Of a stretch of 64,000 nt of DNA, positions 27,700 to 36,632 are shown piece by piece (the stretch's first letter is position 1; each line of letters opens with the position of its first letter). The stretch is from an uncultured Candidatus Saccharibacteria bacterium (GTDB taxonomy: Bacteria > Patescibacteriota > Minisyncoccia > Phycocordibacterales > UBA1006): contig CAYQCC010000005.1 in NCBI GenBank assembly GCA_964415895.1, positions 875 through 64,874 of the forward strand. The letters are read 5' to 3'. The translations under genes and the position numbers were made by a program. Under the pieces are notes generated by a model, which was given only the letters and a program-made list of their open reading frames with translations, searched no databases and was not told the origin of the DNA.

Positions 27700-27784
27700 C
27701 GGAGATGGAGAGATTCGAACTCTCGAAGGCTTTCACCTTGCCACGTTTCCAACGTGGTGCACTAGACCGCTATGCGACATCTCC
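27700..27784 (-). tRNA. tRNA-Ser(GGA), no encoded CCA
   Basis: ggagatg acceptor, ccacg-tt-GGA-aa-cgtgg anticodon arm, long variable arm, gagag-ttcgaat-ctctc T arm. Confidence 0.97.
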
Positions 27785-27915
27785 ATACCATCTACGTTGC
27801 ATATAGATGATGATTCGACCCTCTTGGGCCGCCCGTATGCTTGTACCAGCGAGATTACCATAAAAACATTGTTTTCCAAAATAAAAACCGCATGTTGCCA
27901 TGTGGTTTTTACTGA

Positions 27916-28029
27916 TTATACAACTTCAACAGGCTCAACTGGCTCTTCGCCTTCTGTTGTTCCGTCAGCTTCTTCCAAAGCTTTTTTTGCTGCAATCTCT
28001 TCTTCTGTCATGATTACTTCTGGTTCCAT
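27916..28029 (-). CDS. 37 aa acidic small protein (below the ORF-track cutoff)
   Basis: MEPEVIMTEEEIAAKKALEEADGTTEGEEPVEPVEVV; TATACT upstream (28064..28069) and terminator downstream. Confidence 0.65.
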   Translation of the reverse strand: MEPEVIMTEEEIAAKKALEEADGTTEGEEPVEPVEVV

Positions 28030-28092
28030 AAAATAGTTTATATAGTTAATTGCTAAGGTGCTCAGTATACACTAATTTCAACTAATAGCAAT

Positions 28093-28674
28093 TTATTTGT
28101 CAAAACGCTCCATGGCACCTTTCCAGGAAACTTGATCAAGAAAGTCTGAAATATATTGTTTTTTCCCAGACGGCTGATAGTCAGCAACGTATGAATGTTC
28201 CCACATGTCGATTCCTATAATATACTGCGTTGAATTTAGGTGGCCAAGATGTTGTTCATCAACCCAGCCATTTTGCAATATCCCAGCTTCTGGGTCATAT
28301 GATAAGATTGCCCAACCGATTCCTCGGGTCATTGCGATCTTTTCAAATTCCACGCGCCACAGGTCCACGCTTCCCCAAACTTCGATTATCTTTTTAGCAA
28401 GTTCTGAATTTAAATCCAGAGCAACGGTTTCGCTTAATAAATCTGTGAAATAATATTCGTGATTCTTTATTCCATTGTATTCAAATGATCGACGACGGTT
28501 CAATTCAGTCATTAAAAACTGAGTGTCTTCTTGATTTGCATACGTATCCATTAAATCACTTGCAAGATTGTAATGTTTTACATAACCACTATAAAGATTC
28601 AGGTGTTCAGCCAATGTCTTTTGTGAAATTCCTTTCAAGTTTTTTAATTCAAACGCCTTTGCTATATATGTCAT
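28093..28674 (-). CDS. Fe/Mn superoxide dismutase
   Basis: EH..LY.GYV, HEYYF, DMWEHSY ligands. Confidence 0.92.
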   Translation of the reverse strand: MTYIAKAFELKNLKGISQKTLAEHLNLYSGYVKHYNLASDLMDTYANQEDTQFLMTELNRRRSFEYNGIKNHEYYFTDLLSETVALDLNSELAKKIIEVWGSVDLWRVEFEKIAMTRGIGWAILSYDPEAGILQNGWVDEQHLGHLNSTQYIIGIDMWEHSYVADYQPSGKKQYISDFLDQVSWKGAMERFDK

Positions 28675-28681
28675 AAATTTA

Positions 28682-29275
28682 TTATTTAGCGCATAAACGA
28701 TGGGTATCATCGATAGTATCTGACCCTGTTCCTGGCTGCATAACCAATTCAGTCATCATTCCAGACCCTATTGCGACACCGCCAGAACTGAAATGAACTC
28801 GTGTCTGTTTTTTATAATCAGTCTTTTCTAGGATAAGTGTTAGGCCGCTGCACTGATCTTGATCCATTGTCGGTGGAATAATGTCGACAATGAAGTATCC
28901 TTTTGCGTCTGTATATACTGATTTATTAAGTTCAGATATGGTAACTTTCACACCTGATAGTAACTTAGTAGTAGTACCATCAGAAATACGACCTTCTATT
29001 CGAAACATATTTGAAGGGATTTCACTACTATTTGTATTCATAGAAGACTGAGCTTGTGTGTTAGTCGTTGTGTTTGTCTGTACAGGTTTTGTCACTTTTG
29101 GCGCTGGGGCTTTTACTTCTGAATCTGGTTTTGAATTTGTAATATCTGTAGGTGTCGAAACGTTATAATTCTCAACTGCTGCTTTTTTCTTGCTTACAAG
29201 TGCCCAAATACCTACGGCTAGTAAAATAATAATAATTACTAATAAAATTATGTTGATTTTTGATTTATTTTCCAT
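28682..29275 (-). CDS. membrane-anchored protein with carboxypeptidase-regulatory-like domain
   Basis: N-terminal TM, T/P-rich linker, IEGRISD...GVKVTI...TDAKGYF. Confidence 0.75.
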   Translation of the reverse strand: MENKSKINIILLVIIIILLAVGIWALVSKKKAAVENYNVSTPTDITNSKPDSEVKAPAPKVTKPVQTNTTTNTQAQSSMNTNSSEIPSNMFRIEGRISDGTTTKLLSGVKVTISELNKSVYTDAKGYFIVDIIPPTMDQDQCSGLTLILEKTDYKKQTRVHFSSGGVAIGSGMMTELVMQPGTGSDTIDDTHRLCAK

Positions 29276-29287
29276 ATGTTAATTATA

Positions 29288-29818
29288 TCACAGCTTGATC
29301 CAGTAAAGACATTCCTTCCGACCATCATCATTTTGCACGATTTTATCGAGCTTTCCACCGTTTTTCTCTATCAGTCTTCGCGAACCCTTGTTATTAATCT
29401 TGCATGTTAAAAGCACCTTTTTTAGGTGTATTTTACGTGCCTTTGCCAAAACCTGCTGCAGCATTTCAGATCCATACCCCTTTCTTTGCTGTTTCGGTGA
29501 GACATCTTGTCCAATGTGTCCGCCAAACAAACGCAATTCTTTTGTAAGTTTGTGTCGCAGTCCGATTCTTCCAACAACTTTCTCGCCAACTACTGCCCAG
29601 TACATGTCTGGCACATAACTCTTTCGAGCAAGAATATCTGTACGGCGAGCTAATAGTTCTAAAATAAATCCAGGTTTTTTTGAATATTCCAAATTCTTTG
29701 CGTAACTATCTCGATAATTTTTATTTTTTCCATGTGCAATAAAATCACGGCACAGGTCTTGGTAGCTTCCTAAATATTTCTTTGTTGGCAAAACAAGTTT
29801 TAATTTCTGATTTTTCAT
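29288..29818 (-). CDS. GNAT family acetyltransferase
   Basis: GGHIGQDVSPKQQRKGYG, LLTC..NN.GSRRLIEKNGG. Confidence 0.9.
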   Translation of the reverse strand: MKNQKLKLVLPTKKYLGSYQDLCRDFIAHGKNKNYRDSYAKNLEYSKKPGFILELLARRTDILARKSYVPDMYWAVVGEKVVGRIGLRHKLTKELRLFGGHIGQDVSPKQQRKGYGSEMLQQVLAKARKIHLKKVLLTCKINNKGSRRLIEKNGGKLDKIVQNDDGRKECLYWIKL

Positions 29819-29819
29819 A

Positions 29820-30221
29820 TTAATTAACGATATCGCACTGACCATCAAAATAACCTTCGACGACTTCGATTTCAAAGTGTTCAACAAAGTTTACGGTTCC
29901 GTGCGTAATTGCTCGTTCGATCATATCTTCTGTATGTCGCGGATTTACATTGTCCGTACACGAGATTGTAATATGTGGATGTTCCTTGGTAGATTTTGGA
30001 TTTTTGATTAATACTGCCTGACTATTTTCATCATATACATACCCAATCACTTTCAAGAAATACTTGTTCCCTATTTCAATACCTGACAAATCTTTTGGTC
30101 GATATTCAATCGTAGAATGATGCGCAAATACACGGTTATGAATAGGTGGGAAAACGTTTAATAATGTCTGTGGATCAACCACAAAACATGCTGTATAGAT
30201 TATTTTAACAAAACCATCCAT
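29820..30221 (-). CDS. 2H phosphoesterase (tRNA-ligase-type cyclic phosphodiesterase-like)
   Basis: Two HxT motifs: HHSTI and PHITIS. Confidence 0.75.
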   Translation of the reverse strand: MDGFVKIIYTACFVVDPQTLLNVFPPIHNRVFAHHSTIEYRPKDLSGIEIGNKYFLKVIGYVYDENSQAVLIKNPKSTKEHPHITISCTDNVNPRHTEDMIERAITHGTVNFVEHFEIEVVEGYFDGQCDIVN

Positions 30222-30222
30222 G

Positions 30223-30666
30223 TTACTTGTTCTCTATTGGGTGTAAGTGAGCGGCAATTCCCATCGCAGCTGCAATAATTACTAGGTTCTTGATAATATA
30301 TTGACCTACAAGTGTTGGCACCAAAAATCCTGACCATGATTCTGAAGGTAGTAATACTAATGGTCCAAATGTTGTGATCATATGAATTAATAGCAATGGC
30401 ATAACAATACGTGTCATTTTTGGAAACAAAAACAATACACCAATAACAACTTCAAACCAAGCGAAAAACATATAAAAATGAGCAAATGACACAAAATGAA
30501 TAGATGACTCGAATAATGCATGGACCAATGATCCTGCTGGTGATAACCCTAGTACTTTCAACATTCCAAACCAAATAAATACAACAGCAATGGCAAAACG
30601 AGCAGTGGCAATCCAATGCTTTTGAAAAAATCTAATAATATGCAAATCTATATTTTTTATATTCAT
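30223..30666 (-). CDS. DoxX-like membrane protein
   Basis: R.AIAVVFIWFG.LK, EVVIG, GQYIIKNLV. Confidence 0.8.
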   Translation of the reverse strand: MNIKNIDLHIIRFFQKHWIATARFAIAVVFIWFGMLKVLGLSPAGSLVHALFESSIHFVSFAHFYMFFAWFEVVIGVLFLFPKMTRIVMPLLLIHMITTFGPLVLLPSESWSGFLVPTLVGQYIIKNLVIIAAAMGIAAHLHPIENK

Positions 30667-30725
30667 ATAATTAATTATATACCTGGATTGAAATGGTTGC
30701 AAAGTATGATATAGTCGCCATATAT

Positions 30726-30812
30726 GGAAGCGTGGCTGAGTGGTTGAAGGCACTTGTTTCGAAAACAAACGTACGGGAGACCGTACCGAGAGTTCAAATC
30801 TCTCCGCTTCCG
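30726..30812 (+). tRNA. tRNA-Ser(CGA), no encoded CCA
   Basis: ggaagcg acceptor, ttgt-tt-CGA-aa-acaa anticodon arm, long variable arm, gagag-ttcaaat-ctctc T arm. Confidence 0.96.
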
Positions 30813-30813
30813 C

Positions 30814-31137
30814 ATATATATAACTTTCTATTTCATACAACTATTATTATCTGCCTTAGTCGCTTATTTATTTTGGAATCGATTTGCAGGCAAGTATCCG
30901 GGCGATAAGCCAGAAAGATCTTTTGTGGTAAGGATATCAGATTACAGTATTCATGTTCATCACTGGATCTGTTGCTCCCTTTTTCTAGTAATCACCATTT
31001 TGTTTAAATATTATAATCCATTGTTCCTAGGAGTATTCATTGGGTCAATTATCCAAGGGCTTACTTATAAGGACAGATTTGTGATTATTTATAAAAGCAG
31101 AGATTTTGAAAGAATTTATTCTAAGTTTGTAAAATAA
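30814..31137 (+). CDS. hypothetical membrane protein, apparent ATA start
   Basis: Protein-like frame (TM helices, HVHHW, IQGLTYKD) with no Met downstream of the tRNA. Confidence 0.5.
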   Translation: MYITFYFIQLLLSALVAYLFWNRFAGKYPGDKPERSFVVRISDYSIHVHHWICCSLFLVITILFKYYNPLFLGVFIGSIIQGLTYKDRFVIIYKSRDFERIYSKFVK

Positions 31138-31161
31138 AACACCAGTTACTGGTGTTTTATT

Positions 31162-31689
31162 TTATATTTTTCTACTGTCATATGCCCAATGCAATACTGC
31201 TTGGCGTTGTCTTGGTCTACAAAACATATCGCCTGCTCTACAATTATTTCCAATTTGGATAGTGTGACGCCGGATCGCTTTCCAACGTTTTATCTGACGA
31301 GCATCCTCATTTTTAATTCTGCGACCCATATAATATCTACAATACCACTGAAACCATCCACGAGGATCTTCTTTATAAATCCATCCCTTTTGTCTCCAAA
31401 TATTTAATGATTGACTGGCATTTTTACCAAAGTAATTTATTGATGCCTTATGTGTGTTTGTCTCACTTGGGGCAAGCTTTGCATTCTTAAACCAAGATTT
31501 TGGAAACTCATTCATACAGTCACGCATGTATACACCTCCAAACACACCAAGCGACAACATCTCAGCTGGAGTTAATTGTGGCTTGAATTTTGAGTCAAAA
31601 TTTTTTCCTACTGGTTCAACCAGTTCGTACGAGTAATTCTTTTGCATCTTATCATGCACGTTCACGATAATAATTTTTTGTTTTGCCAT
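31162..31689 (-). CDS. conserved hypothetical protein
   Basis: LTP.EML..GVFGG.Y, DPRGWFQWYCRYY.GRR, RQAVLHWAY. Confidence 0.8.
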   Translation of the reverse strand: MAKQKIIIVNVHDKMQKNYSYELVEPVGKNFDSKFKPQLTPAEMLSLGVFGGVYMRDCMNEFPKSWFKNAKLAPSETNTHKASINYFGKNASQSLNIWRQKGWIYKEDPRGWFQWYCRYYMGRRIKNEDARQIKRWKAIRRHTIQIGNNCRAGDMFCRPRQRQAVLHWAYDSRKI

Positions 31690-31691
31690 AT

Positions 31692-31982
31692 TTATTTTTT
31701 AGGTTTAACTACTGGATTAACTCCATCGATGTCAGTTTCCTGCTTTACGACTGGCGATGTTTTCTTTGGTTGCACTTTTGGAGGCGTTGTAGACCCTGTT
31801 TTAATTGGTAACAAATCTGCTTCTTCTGCCAATGGGTCTGGTTCACCATTTCCAATAATACTTCCAGAGTTAGCGCGACCACTTAAAAAATCTTGCTGAT
31901 CAGCAATAACAAGACCAATAATTCCCAGGCCGATGATGCCTATGAATAACGCCACTTTTCGCCATGTCCAAAAGTCTTTCAT
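31692..31982 (-). CDS. hypothetical membrane-anchored protein
   Basis: One TM and a P/K-rich tail; TGCTATACT 6 nt upstream. Confidence 0.65.
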   Translation of the reverse strand: MKDFWTWRKVALFIGIIGLGIIGLVIADQQDFLSGRANSGSIIGNGEPDPLAEEADLLPIKTGSTTPPKVQPKKTSPVVKQETDIDGVNPVVKPKK

Positions 31983-32038
31983 ATGATCAGTATAGCAAAG
32001 ATTAGTAAAAACTAAAAAACCACATATTATGTGGTTTT

Positions 32039-33031
32039 TTAGCGCCCATTTATTGACCAATGCCAAGGCTCTGATTGGATTTTATGCTGAAGAGGTCCGT
32101 ACTCTTTTTTTGATGCATTTGCACTTAACCATGCATAACAACTACTGCCGTATTTCAAACTACCGCCGTTACACGAAAGATCAAAAGCAAGTCCGAATCC
32201 ATGATTTGATTTGCCGGGAAACGCTGTGTCTGGATCACATTGCTTTACAGGTTTCGTCATAATACAACTTTGATCACCACCGCAGTGGCAATTCTTATTA
32301 CGTAACTGAACCTGTTCACCATAGGAACGATAGCCGTCTTTAATACCAAGAGGGACGCCTGATGCACGTGCGTCAACAATCATTTTTTTTATTTGATTTG
32401 CAATTGTTTTACAAGCATATTCCCCATATCCTACAGATTCGAAACCAGCTGGACATGCAGGCGTATTACTTCCTGCTGATGGCGCAGTGGTAGTAACTAC
32501 GCTACTGTTACTAGCGTCAAATGGGTCAAACCCATCGCCGTTCTCGTCTAGATCAAGCGCTGCCATTTTGATATCTGGCTCCACAATCAACAAATCTGGA
32601 TTAATCGTTCTTAGAATTATTGTAATACCAAGCAACAACATCAAACCAAGAATAACCTTTGTAATCTTGTCTTTTAACTGAGCAAACGTACCCACATTCT
32701 TGTCTTCTGCTGCGTACTGAAATCCGTACACAACTAACATAACAACACCTAATACTCCTGCTATTCCAATACCTATCTCCATCGCAAAGTTAATGAAACC
32801 CCCAATTCCTCCTGTACCTCCTGTTTTTCCAAGATCAATACTCTCTACAGGTACTCCATCACTTCCTGGTAATGCCTCAAGGAGTACATAACAGTCTCCC
32901 GCTTTAGCGGTACTGTCACATTTGGGGACGATGGAAGTGTTAAGAGATGGAGTCACAGGAGTTTGTGCAAAAGCCACCTGCCCAAAAACAACTGTTGTTA
33001 GTAATATAAAAAGTAGGAATAGTTTTTTCAT
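32039..33031 (-). CDS. pilin-like membrane domain fused to an M15B (VanY-type) peptidase
   Basis: GFQY...K.KI...ILG...ILRTINP pilin-like hairpin; GYRS..EQ, SNH..GLAFD, EPWHW. Confidence 0.85.
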   Translation of the reverse strand: MKKLFLLFILLTTVVFGQVAFAQTPVTPSLNTSIVPKCDSTAKAGDCYVLLEALPGSDGVPVESIDLGKTGGTGGIGGFINFAMEIGIGIAGVLGVVMLVVYGFQYAAEDKNVGTFAQLKDKITKVILGLMLLLGITIILRTINPDLLIVEPDIKMAALDLDENGDGFDPFDASNSSVVTTTAPSAGSNTPACPAGFESVGYGEYACKTIANQIKKMIVDARASGVPLGIKDGYRSYGEQVQLRNKNCHCGGDQSCIMTKPVKQCDPDTAFPGKSNHGFGLAFDLSCNGGSLKYGSSCYAWLSANASKKEYGPLQHKIQSEPWHWSINGR

Positions 33032-33157
33032 AATATAATGAATTTAGTATATCACTATTATATTCTGGTTTCCAGCACAATTTTAAATTAATTTTATCTC
33101 GAAGCGTTACGCTAACTAGGATCTTTTCTTTTTAAAACACAATTAAATAACAACTGT

Positions 33158-34108
33158 ATGACAACTAAAAAATTAATTATGATTACCTTAATGGTAATGA
33201 CTCCATTTTTAAGCAATGGACAAACTGGCGTTAACACAATGACACCCAGATCAACACTCGAAGTAAATGGAACGTTCCGGGTAGATTCCATAAAACCTAT
33301 TAATAAACCAAAAAAGATAGCCGTATTCACCGACTCAAACACGTTGGACTATGTTTCAACCGACACATTACAGAAACTGATCAGCAACTCAGATAATAAA
33401 CCAAGCATGTTACCGACTGATAACGTATGCTATGGTTCTAGTATTTACTATCCATTTTATAATAACTCGGATAATTCTTATATTATTGTTACTAACAGCT
33501 CTTCTGTTTGTTTCTATTCAGATGAATACGGGTTACAGAAATGTTATCTAGATACGCTTTTCGGATATCCTGGCGCCCTATCAGTAAATCTTACAGGAGC
33601 ATGCATTATTAATAACTACGCCTACCTACTAATTAGAGGTTACGATATAAGTTCCATCTTACGAATAAAAGTAGTTCGTTTGCCAATATCAACCTTTTCG
33701 CACGCTTCTGCTCAGATTATGTCTTTTTCAGGAGGAAGTTTAAATGGTAATTCATTTGTTCCGTACATGACCGGCAATGGATCAAATCTTTATTTTAATT
33801 ATAATGGCGGATATTCAGGAAGTACTAATTTGATAGCAAAGTATCAAATAAGCGGACTCACGTTATCAAAGGTCTCTACAATTACTTTATCTGGAATAAC
33901 CTTGGATTACTCTTACTTTTTTATAAAAGATGATCAAACTATTTGGCTTAATGATGCTTCTATAAATTATATAAAGGTCTTCAATCAAACTGGAAGCCTA
34001 GTAAGAACATACGAAGGCGGTCTTTATTTACAAAATCAAAGCATAAACTGGAACAATGTATTATACTGGCTTAACAATGGATTATTTCAAAAAATTAATA
34101 TCTTTTAA
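33158..34108 (+). CDS. secreted protein with Bacteroidota-style N-terminal motif
   Basis: Signal peptide ending SNG|Q, then GVNTMTPRSTLEVNG; beta-propeller-like C-terminal part. Confidence 0.7.
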   Translation: MTTKKLIMITLMVMTPFLSNGQTGVNTMTPRSTLEVNGTFRVDSIKPINKPKKIAVFTDSNTLDYVSTDTLQKLISNSDNKPSMLPTDNVCYGSSIYYPFYNNSDNSYIIVTNSSSVCFYSDEYGLQKCYLDTLFGYPGALSVNLTGACIINNYAYLLIRGYDISSILRIKVVRLPISTFSHASAQIMSFSGGSLNGNSFVPYMTGNGSNLYFNYNGGYSGSTNLIAKYQISGLTLSKVSTITLSGITLDYSYFFIKDDQTIWLNDASINYIKVFNQTGSLVRTYEGGLYLQNQSINWNNVLYWLNNGLFQKINIF

Positions 34109-34164
34109 AAGATTAGAGTCAGGAATTATACCTGACTCTTTATTATTTATTTTACATAAAGTGA

Positions 34165-34200
34165 GTAAACAAAAAACCGCCGAAGCGGTTTTTTGTTTAC
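34165..34200. terminator. bidirectional terminator
   Basis: gtaaacaaaaaaccgc-cgaa-gcggttttttgtttac. Confidence 0.85.
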
Positions 34201-34224
34201 ATAACTAGAGTTAGATAATAAGAA

Positions 34225-36144
34225 TTATTTAACTGAAGTATATGGAGTTTGGAATCCTGACATAGGAGTCAAGTTCTGAACTGTTGCACCTGTTGTAAGA
34301 GCCGCATCTGTGAAGAACTTAAGATCGTTCAACTGAACTCGGTAACTTGCAACTGCAGAAGCCCCAGTTACTTCAATTTTAACGTTGAATGTCTGAGTAG
34401 CCCCTGAATCAATTCGCCATGATGTTCCGTTTGAAGGAGCAGCACTTGAAACTGTAGCAACAACTGTAGCTCCACCAATTGTAGTAGCCTGAGTTGAAGG
34501 AGTTGAAGAGTTATTGAATGTAAATGACAACTCATTTGTTCCTGAGATAGCTCCAGCTGCAGCAGCTTGAACTGTTTGTCCAACATACAATGTATCGTCA
34601 AATGCCTTAACTGTTACAGGAATCATGTAAGTAGCCTTTTGGTTGCCTGCAGCACTGTAAGTTTCAGGTGAGAATGATGTAGATACATTACCCATAGTAA
34701 CAAGAGCACCTGTAGACAAGAATGTCATGTTTTCACCGACAACTGATCCAGATACGTTTGAAACTGTATCACGGTTGATGTTATCCAATTCAACAGTCAT
34801 TGTTGAAGAGTTAACAGAAGCTGATGCTTTGTCTCCGTTATCGAAGTCTGTAGTAGTAACTCCAGTGTTTTCAATATCGTTGATGTCAGCTCGTACTTCG
34901 AACTTAGCAGTTGCGTTTGCAGCAATTGAGTAGTTCAACTTAGAAATGTTTCCAAATGTTACAGTTTGAGTTGAAACACCTGTTGGGATTGATTCTGTTG
35001 AAAGAAGTGATCCGTTAGCGTACAACTTAACAACTTTAACGATAGCTTCTGGGTTAGGAGCAACTCCGTCCGCACCACCGTTTGTTGTTGTAATAACAAC
35101 TGGTACTTTCTGAACAACCATTCCAGCGTTCTCAGCTTTAGCATCGAAAGCAAGAAGTAATTGATCAGGAGTATCAGAAGTGTTTGAAGCCTGAACTGTC
35201 TGAGCTACAGGGTTTGAAGATGAAGTGTTAACTTTAAACTTCTGGTCTGAAGAAACTCCACCAGCTTTTTGGAAGTCAATTGTTGACTGTCCTAGTACTG
35301 ATCCGTAGTCTCGGTATCGTCCGTTAGCTGAAACAGCTGAAACATAGTTTGATGTTCCTGAAACTGTTGTACCAACGTTGATCTTCCAAGCTTCGTTAGC
35401 AGCATCAGTTGAATCCATAGTTGGAGTTCCTGATACAGCGATCAATACTTGTCCTCGCATGTTTTGCTTAACAACACCATTCATTCCTGTGAATCGGTAT
35501 GTGTAAACATCACCTGAGTCTGAAGAGAAGTTAGAAACTGACTTTCGTCCGATTTCTTTTCCATCCAAGAATACAGTAATGTCAGAAGCGTATCGAGTGA
35601 TCTTTAGGCTTCCTGTTCCTGTGTTCTGTAGAGCAACTGATAGACTATCGATTTTTTGGTCAGCGTCTTTAGCGATAACTTCAAAACCGTAAACTACTTT
35701 GTCTTTATCTCCTTCCATTACCTTTGTACTGTTGTAAGCTCCAAGCTTAACATCGTTTGAAAGGTATCCTTCTGTTCCACTGATAACTGTACCATTGTCG
35801 ATAACAGTTGATCCTGAACATGCAGCCAATTGAGCAGCAGTTACAGGTCCGATGATACCGTCAACTTTAATAGCTTTTGAAGCTTGGAAAGTCATGAATA
35901 CTCCTTTTGTTAGAGGACCGAACTTTCCGTCAATTACTAGGTTTGAACCTGCTACACAAGAGTTAAGAGCCATTTGAGCAGCTTTAACATTTGCGTTCTG
36001 TGAAACTTTAGCTCCGTATCCAGAACCTACTTTTAGGTATCCAGATGTAGAAGTGTAGATTTCAGTTGACATAACTGCACTTGCTGATCCCGCTAGAGCG
36101 AAGAATGCAATTGCTGCAACTGTTGAAATCATTATTTTTTTCAT
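34225..36144 (-). CDS. S-layer-like surface protein with peptidoglycan-binding domain
   Basis: Signal peptide; VKAAQ..LN, DGKFGPLT, FQ, VDGIIGP.T; S/T/V-rich body. Confidence 0.8.
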   Translation of the reverse strand: MKKIMISTVAAIAFFALAGSASAVMSTEIYTSTSGYLKVGSGYGAKVSQNANVKAAQMALNSCVAGSNLVIDGKFGPLTKGVFMTFQASKAIKVDGIIGPVTAAQLAACSGSTVIDNGTVISGTEGYLSNDVKLGAYNSTKVMEGDKDKVVYGFEVIAKDADQKIDSLSVALQNTGTGSLKITRYASDITVFLDGKEIGRKSVSNFSSDSGDVYTYRFTGMNGVVKQNMRGQVLIAVSGTPTMDSTDAANEAWKINVGTTVSGTSNYVSAVSANGRYRDYGSVLGQSTIDFQKAGGVSSDQKFKVNTSSSNPVAQTVQASNTSDTPDQLLLAFDAKAENAGMVVQKVPVVITTTNGGADGVAPNPEAIVKVVKLYANGSLLSTESIPTGVSTQTVTFGNISKLNYSIAANATAKFEVRADINDIENTGVTTTDFDNGDKASASVNSSTMTVELDNINRDTVSNVSGSVVGENMTFLSTGALVTMGNVSTSFSPETYSAAGNQKATYMIPVTVKAFDDTLYVGQTVQAAAAGAISGTNELSFTFNNSSTPSTQATTIGGATVVATVSSAAPSNGTSWRIDSGATQTFNVKIEVTGASAVASYRVQLNDLKFFTDAALTTGATVQNLTPMSGFQTPYTSVK

Positions 36145-36632
36145 ATGATTTGTTTTATTAACTAAAATTATAATTTTAATTCCCATAGATTTGCATCCGG
36201 CAGGAAATTTCACTGCCCGATAGATTCAACTCTATGGAGATCCGTATGCGAACACATTCGACGTCGACGTGTTCAGAACAATGTAAAAAGTCGAGACCTT
36301 TTATTATTATTCAAGCGGCATACTCGCTCGCGGCACTAACCCTGTTTTGAGGACGATTAGTACCGCGCGCGTTTTCGACAAGTTTCGAGACAACCTGTGA
36401 ATATACGGAAAAGTATAGCACGGAAATTGCAATACAGGCATATAGTTACAAGTTAATCAAGCAATAATTGCAAGATATTTATAACGGACACACCTATTTA
36501 TAAAATCTGTCCTTTACTATTCCAGAACCCGAATTATATACATATATTGCTATATGCATGAAAATCAAGACGTTCCTACCAGTACTAACGATTCAGCGAC
36601 CAGAATATTACATATATCCGTTCTCTTCAGGT

